DNA of 64,000 nucleotides from an uncultured Gemmatimonadales bacterium. GTDB lineage: Bacteria; Gemmatimonadota; Gemmatimonadetes; Gemmatimonadales; GWC2-71-9. Below the pieces are notes generated by a model, which was not told where the DNA came from, searched no databases, and saw nothing but the letters and a program-made list of their open reading frames with translations. Location of the stretch: assembly GCA_963798915.1 (NCBI GenBank), contig CAWCVB010000006.1, positions 352,001 to 416,000 on the forward strand. Direction: 5' to 3'. A program made the translations under genes and the position numbers. This document shows, piece after piece, positions 60,176-64,000 of the stretch. Position 1 is the stretch's first letter. Every line of letters starts with the position of its first letter.

Positions 60176-61159
60176 GGCGGACTCATAAATGGCATCCAGC
60201 ACCTTGTGGAGCACGACATATTCCTGGAGATCCGGCCGCGGGGCCTGACCATTGAGCATGGCCTGAAAGTGGGCCCACTCCGCGCGGTAGGACGCCATGA
60301 AGGGATTCTCCCGGCTGACCGAACCGGTCGGCGCCACGTCCACCGGAACACCATTGAGTTCCTTCCAGACCTTGAGCGGATTGATGGCGGCCGTGCCCTT
60401 GCTGCCCCTGAGCCCGACCCCGAACCGCTCACCTTCCCCGACGTGGTGCCAGGTCACATCCACGAATACCGATGCCGCGTTCTCGCACACCACAAAGGCG
60501 CTTCCCGACTGCTCCACGCCGGTTGCCTCGCCACCGCCATCGAAAGCCGCGCTCACGCGCACCGGAACGGGTGTGCCGGCAAGCCAGAGCGCCAGGTCAA
60601 GAATGGACAACCCGAGATCCAGCATCACACCGCCGCCCGACAGCTCCCGACGCTGGCGCCACCCGAGCTGCGCCCGGCTGGGACGGAAGACGTGCCAGCT
60701 GCCGCGAACACTGTCCACCGCGCCAAGCTCGCCACTCTGGACAAAGCTCCGCACGATCTGAACGTCCGGGCGATAGCGATGGTTCATGCCCGCCATCACG
60801 ACCGTTCCCCGCTTCTCCACGGCGCGCGCCACCTTCTGGGCGCTCGCCGCCGAGGTCGCCAGCGGCTTTTCAACCAGCACGTGAAGATTGGCCTCGAGTG
60901 CGGCCATGATGTGCGCTTCGTGCAGGTGGTTGGGGGTGCACACGACAACCGCATCGAGCCCGTCGACGCGCAGGACATCCTCGATATCGTCAAAGGCGTT
61001 GGGCACGCCGAAGCGGCTGGCGATGGCGCGGGCCTTGGGCAGGTCGGTGTCGCAGAGGGCCACTACCTCGATCCCCTTCATCTTCCGAAGCACTGGCAGG
61101 TGGGCCACCTGAACGATCGCGCCGCCGCCAATGATTCCCACCCTCAATGTGTTGTCCAT
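60143..61159 (-). CDS. Gfo/Idh/MocA family oxidoreductase
   Basis: VGIIGGG, TPNHLH, VEKP, GGGVMLDLG. Confidence 0.9.
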   Translation of the reverse strand: MDNTLRVGIIGGGAIVQVAHLPVLRKMKGIEVVALCDTDLPKARAIASRFGVPNAFDDIEDVLRVDGLDAVVVCTPNHLHEAHIMAALEANLHVLVEKPLATSAASAQKVARAVEKRGTVVMAGMNHRYRPDVQIVRSFVQSGELGAVDSVRGSWHVFRPSRAQLGWRQRRELSGGGVMLDLGLSILDLALWLAGTPVPVRVSAAFDGGGEATGVEQSGSAFVVCENAASVFVDVTWHHVGEGERFGVGLRGSKGTAAINPLKVWKELNGVPVDVAPTGSVSRENPFMASYRAEWAHFQAMLNGQAPRPDLQEYVVLHKVLDAIYESASRGRDVTIRQ

Positions 61160-61170
61160 CGTCAACCCCG

Positions 61171-62460
61171 CTAGTAGGCGCGTTCGAGTCGCGTGCCCGG
61201 AAAATAGGCGGCGATGATCTCCGCATGACGCTGCCCGGCCCGGGCGCGACCCACGGCTCCCCACTGGCAGAAGCCCACGCCGTGTCCCGCGCCATGGCCG
61301 TCGATCGTGAGGTGAGTCACCTCGCGCCCGGCGCGTGTCGCCTCAAGGGTCACCAGCGTGCTCCGGAGTATATCACCCGACGGGTCCCGCAGCACCCGGC
61401 GCGCCACCGGCCCGGTCAGCGCAACATCGCGATCCGGCAAGTCCACCACGATCGTGCGCGCCCTCCCTGAGACGGTGCGCCCGGTGATCCGGATATCGCG
61501 CACGCCTGTCACGGCTCCGGCAGGTACACTGGTCGCCGCGGGCAGGTATTGCCTGAGCGCTGCGCGGAGTGCGCTGCCGGTGAATTCGGCACGCCAGTGA
61601 AAGCGAGGCGAGATACTGCAGTAGGCCCTGCCATCTGGCGCCAGATCAGGTACGGATTGGAGGTAGGCCGTGTTGGCACCACGAAAGACCTCGCTGCCAA
61701 GCTCGGTCCGTCCCCCGCACGTGGAGAAGAAGAACGCGTCAATGGGGTGGCCATTCCATGTCACGATCAGGCCCGCCGTCTCACGCACGGCCGCCAGTGC
61801 TCCCGGGTTCTCGGCGGCCATTCCGGCATAGACCTGGTCAGACACGCCGGCGCGAAAGTCGAAGCCGAGTGCTGCCCAGCGCCCTCGATTCCTCAGCGCG
61901 TAGGTGCGGGACACGATGGCCTGCGCCTCGAGCGCCTCGTGGTCATCCGCCGGCCGGGCGCCCATTTCCGCGCCCACCACGCCCGGCAGGTATTGCTCCA
62001 GGCCCAGTTGATTGATCGCGGTGAGGCCAGCGTTACCGCTGACCAGCTCGAGCTGCCCGTGATAGCTCCGACCGTTGACGCGAACGGCGCCATCCGGCGC
62101 CACTGGCCGCAGCAGGACAACGGCCGCCGGCCCGATCCGCCGGCCGGCAAGGTCCAGGACCAGGTCGGGGCCGCGCTGGCGGACCATCCACTCTTCGCCG
62201 GAAGCCAGCCTGCCCAGCAGGGCACCGCTGCTGGTCAGGACCTCGAGGGATTCATCGCCGCCCACACGCAGCGACTGGGCTGCCGTGATGATGCCGACCC
62301 GAACCTGGGGCGACCCGCCGGACGGTGCCGGAAGGGCGGACGGCGCTGCCAGTGGCTCGGGCTCTGGAGGAACTGTGTCGGCACGAATGCAGCTCAGCCC
62401 CACCGCGAGCGCCACGACGGCAACCGCCCAACGCCGGCCGTCAGCCCCGGTAATTGCCAA
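61171..62460 (-). CDS. SpoIID/LytB domain lipoprotein (lytic transglycosylase)
   Basis: YLPGVVGAEM, AQAIVSRTYA, DQVY, FFSTCGGRT, GHGVGFCQWGA. Confidence 0.88.
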   Translation of the reverse strand: MAITGADGRRWAVAVVALAVGLSCIRADTVPPEPEPLAAPSALPAPSGGSPQVRVGIITAAQSLRVGGDESLEVLTSSGALLGRLASGEEWMVRQRGPDLVLDLAGRRIGPAAVVLLRPVAPDGAVRVNGRSYHGQLELVSGNAGLTAINQLGLEQYLPGVVGAEMGARPADDHEALEAQAIVSRTYALRNRGRWAALGFDFRAGVSDQVYAGMAAENPGALAAVRETAGLIVTWNGHPIDAFFFSTCGGRTELGSEVFRGANTAYLQSVPDLAPDGRAYCSISPRFHWRAEFTGSALRAALRQYLPAATSVPAGAVTGVRDIRITGRTVSGRARTIVVDLPDRDVALTGPVARRVLRDPSGDILRSTLVTLEATRAGREVTHLTIDGHGAGHGVGFCQWGAVGRARAGQRHAEIIAAYFPGTRLERAY

Positions 62461-62944
62461 ACTTGATCTCGATGCCGAAGTCCTGGGCCCGGAGCGCGGC
62501 CATCACTGCCTGCAGTTCGTCGCGCGAGGGACTGGACACGCGGAGTTCATCGCCTTGAATCGTTGCCTGGACCTTCTTGAAGCCGCCCTGTTTGATCGCC
62601 TGCTGGATCTTCTTTGCCGTTTCGGTCGGAATGCCCTGCGTGAGCCGGGCGATCCGGCGCACCGACTGTCCGGTGGCGGCTTCCGGTTCGCCGAAGTCCA
62701 CGTTCTTGAGCGGAACGCCGCGCTTCACCAGCTTGCCCCGGAGCACATCGATCACCGCGTTCATGCGGTAGTCGTCGTCCGCCGCCAGCCGGATGAGCGC
62801 TTCGCCCCGGTCCAGTTCGATGGTGCAGTGCGTGCCCTTGAAGTCGTAGCGCTGGGCCAGCTCCTTCACTGCCTGGTTGACCGCATTATCCACTTCCTGC
62901 AGGTCGGCGCCAGTCGAAATGTCAAACGATGCAGTCGAAGGCAT
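62441..62944 (-). CDS. yajQ: YajQ family nucleotide/c-di-GMP-binding protein
   Basis: SFDIS, EVDNAVNQA, RYDFKG, IQGDELRV, FGNYR. Confidence 0.93.
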   Translation of the reverse strand: MPSTASFDISTGADLQEVDNAVNQAVKELAQRYDFKGTHCTIELDRGEALIRLAADDDYRMNAVIDVLRGKLVKRGVPLKNVDFGEPEAATGQSVRRIARLTQGIPTETAKKIQQAIKQGGFKKVQATIQGDELRVSSPSRDELQAVMAALRAQDFGIEIKFGNYRG

Positions 62945-62989
62945 GAGGCGGGCTCGTGGTGGGGTCAGGGCAGCCGAAACCGCCGGGTC

Positions 62990-63859
62990 TCAGGCGAGGA
63001 AGCTTTCGAGCGCCCGGGCGCGGCTCACATGCCGCAGCCGCGAGAGTGCTTTCTCCTTGATCTGTCGGACCCGCTCGCGGGTGATGCCAAGCATGCTGCC
63101 GATTTCTTCGAGCGTCATCGGCTCCGGGCTGTCGAGCCCGAAGTAGAGCCGGAGCACCTTGGCCTCGCGCTCCTTCAGGGTGGACAGCACTTCCTCGATG
63201 GACTCCGTGAGCGCGTGCTCAAACGTCTCGGAATCGGGCCCGGGGTTCTGGGTATCCGGCAGGTAATCGAGCAGCTTGTTGTCTTCGCCGGGCGTGAGCG
63301 GCGCATCCAGGGACAGGTGGTTCTGCGAAATGGAAAGCGTCTTTTCGACCTCGGCCATGGAGATGTCCATGCCCTCGGCGATTTCGGAGGCAGTCGGTTC
63401 CCGCCCCAGCTCCTGGAGCAGCGCCGAAGAGCGCCGGCCGATCCGGTGCAGCGTCCCCGCCCGGTTGAGCGGCACCCGGACGATCCGGCTCTGCTCAGCC
63501 AGGGCCTGCAGGATGGCCTGGCGGATCCACCACACGGCGTAGGAGATGAACTTGATGCCCTTCGTCTCATCAAACTTGTGCGCGGCCCGGATCAGGCCGA
63601 GGTTGCCCTCGTTGATCAGGTCGGAGAGTGAGACGCCCTGATTCTGGTACTTCTTCGCCACCGACACCACAAATCGCAGGTTGCTGCGCACCAGCTTGTC
63701 GAGGGCGTCCTCGTCACCCGTCCGGATGCACTGGGCGAGACGCACCTCCTCTGCCTGGTTGATCAGCGGATACCGGCTGATCTCGCGCAGGTATTGATCC
63801 AGTGAACTGTCGTCGAAGGAAGGCCCGTGCTTACCGCCGCCGACCTGCAAGGGACGCAT
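62990..63859 (-). CDS. Sigma70-family RNA polymerase sigma factor (group 2-like, no region 1.1)
   Basis: YLREI, NLRFVVSVAKKY, FISYAVWWIRQ, TLEEIG..TRERVRQI. Confidence 0.93.
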   Translation of the reverse strand: MRPLQVGGGKHGPSFDDSSLDQYLREISRYPLINQAEEVRLAQCIRTGDEDALDKLVRSNLRFVVSVAKKYQNQGVSLSDLINEGNLGLIRAAHKFDETKGIKFISYAVWWIRQAILQALAEQSRIVRVPLNRAGTLHRIGRRSSALLQELGREPTASEIAEGMDISMAEVEKTLSISQNHLSLDAPLTPGEDNKLLDYLPDTQNPGPDSETFEHALTESIEEVLSTLKEREAKVLRLYFGLDSPEPMTLEEIGSMLGITRERVRQIKEKALSRLRHVSRARALESFLA

Positions 63860-63911
63860 GCGATGGTACCTCGTTACGCTGAAGCGGATACTGCCGGAAC
63901 CTTAGCTATCG

Positions 63912-63998
63912 TCAATCGTAATTGTCAATCTGTGCGCGCTGGAGGGTGCCCGAGAAGTCCACGTAGCAGACTTTGGTCTCGGAATAGAAGTCGTAGAC
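63912..63998 (-). CDS. C-terminal fragment of an upstream gene (truncated by window)
   Basis: Open frame VYDFYSETKVCYVDFSGTLQRAQIDNYD* running in from the window edge. Confidence 0.5.
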   Translation of the reverse strand, partial: VYDFYSETKVCYVDFSGTLQRAQIDNYD

Positions 63999-64000
63999 CT

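Overview
GC-rich bacterial chromosome segment of mostly core genes; gene content and order suggest Gemmatimonadota (inference, no marker search run). It holds about 60 CDS and three CCA-less tRNAs (Ser-TGA, Ser-GCT, Gln-TTG). Main blocks: a tungstate ABC transporter (tupABC); gltX; a 13.7-kb minus-strand chain of 11 overlapping genes (trxA, rsmI, DUF4159, DUF4175, TPR, Tat-exported GATase-like protein, JAB-DinG, FAH, aminotransferase, two hypotheticals); ispE-tRNA-Gln-prs-rplY-pth-hppA-ychF; rpsF-rpsR-DUF2232-rplI-DAK2/DegV-rsfS-peptidase/Omp85; smc-aroF-lolA; rpmE-prfA-prmC-YlbF-tmk-ctpA; and a Crp, MBL hydrolase, TolB_N/TPR, GAF-HD-GYP cyclic-nucleotide cluster next to yajQ and a sigma70 factor. 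I saw no transposase, integrase, phage gene or CRISPR array. Most notable: three sequence-unrelated inverted heptamer-repeat hairpins, three genes that seem to need CTG starts, a candidate exported Cys-hydrolase/Gln-rich scaffold system, a His-less pseudo-Hpt protein, a LecB-motif lipoprotein inserted after tRNA-Gln, and 2-3 single-base frameshifts that are probably assembly errors. All family assignments come from motif recognition, not database searches.
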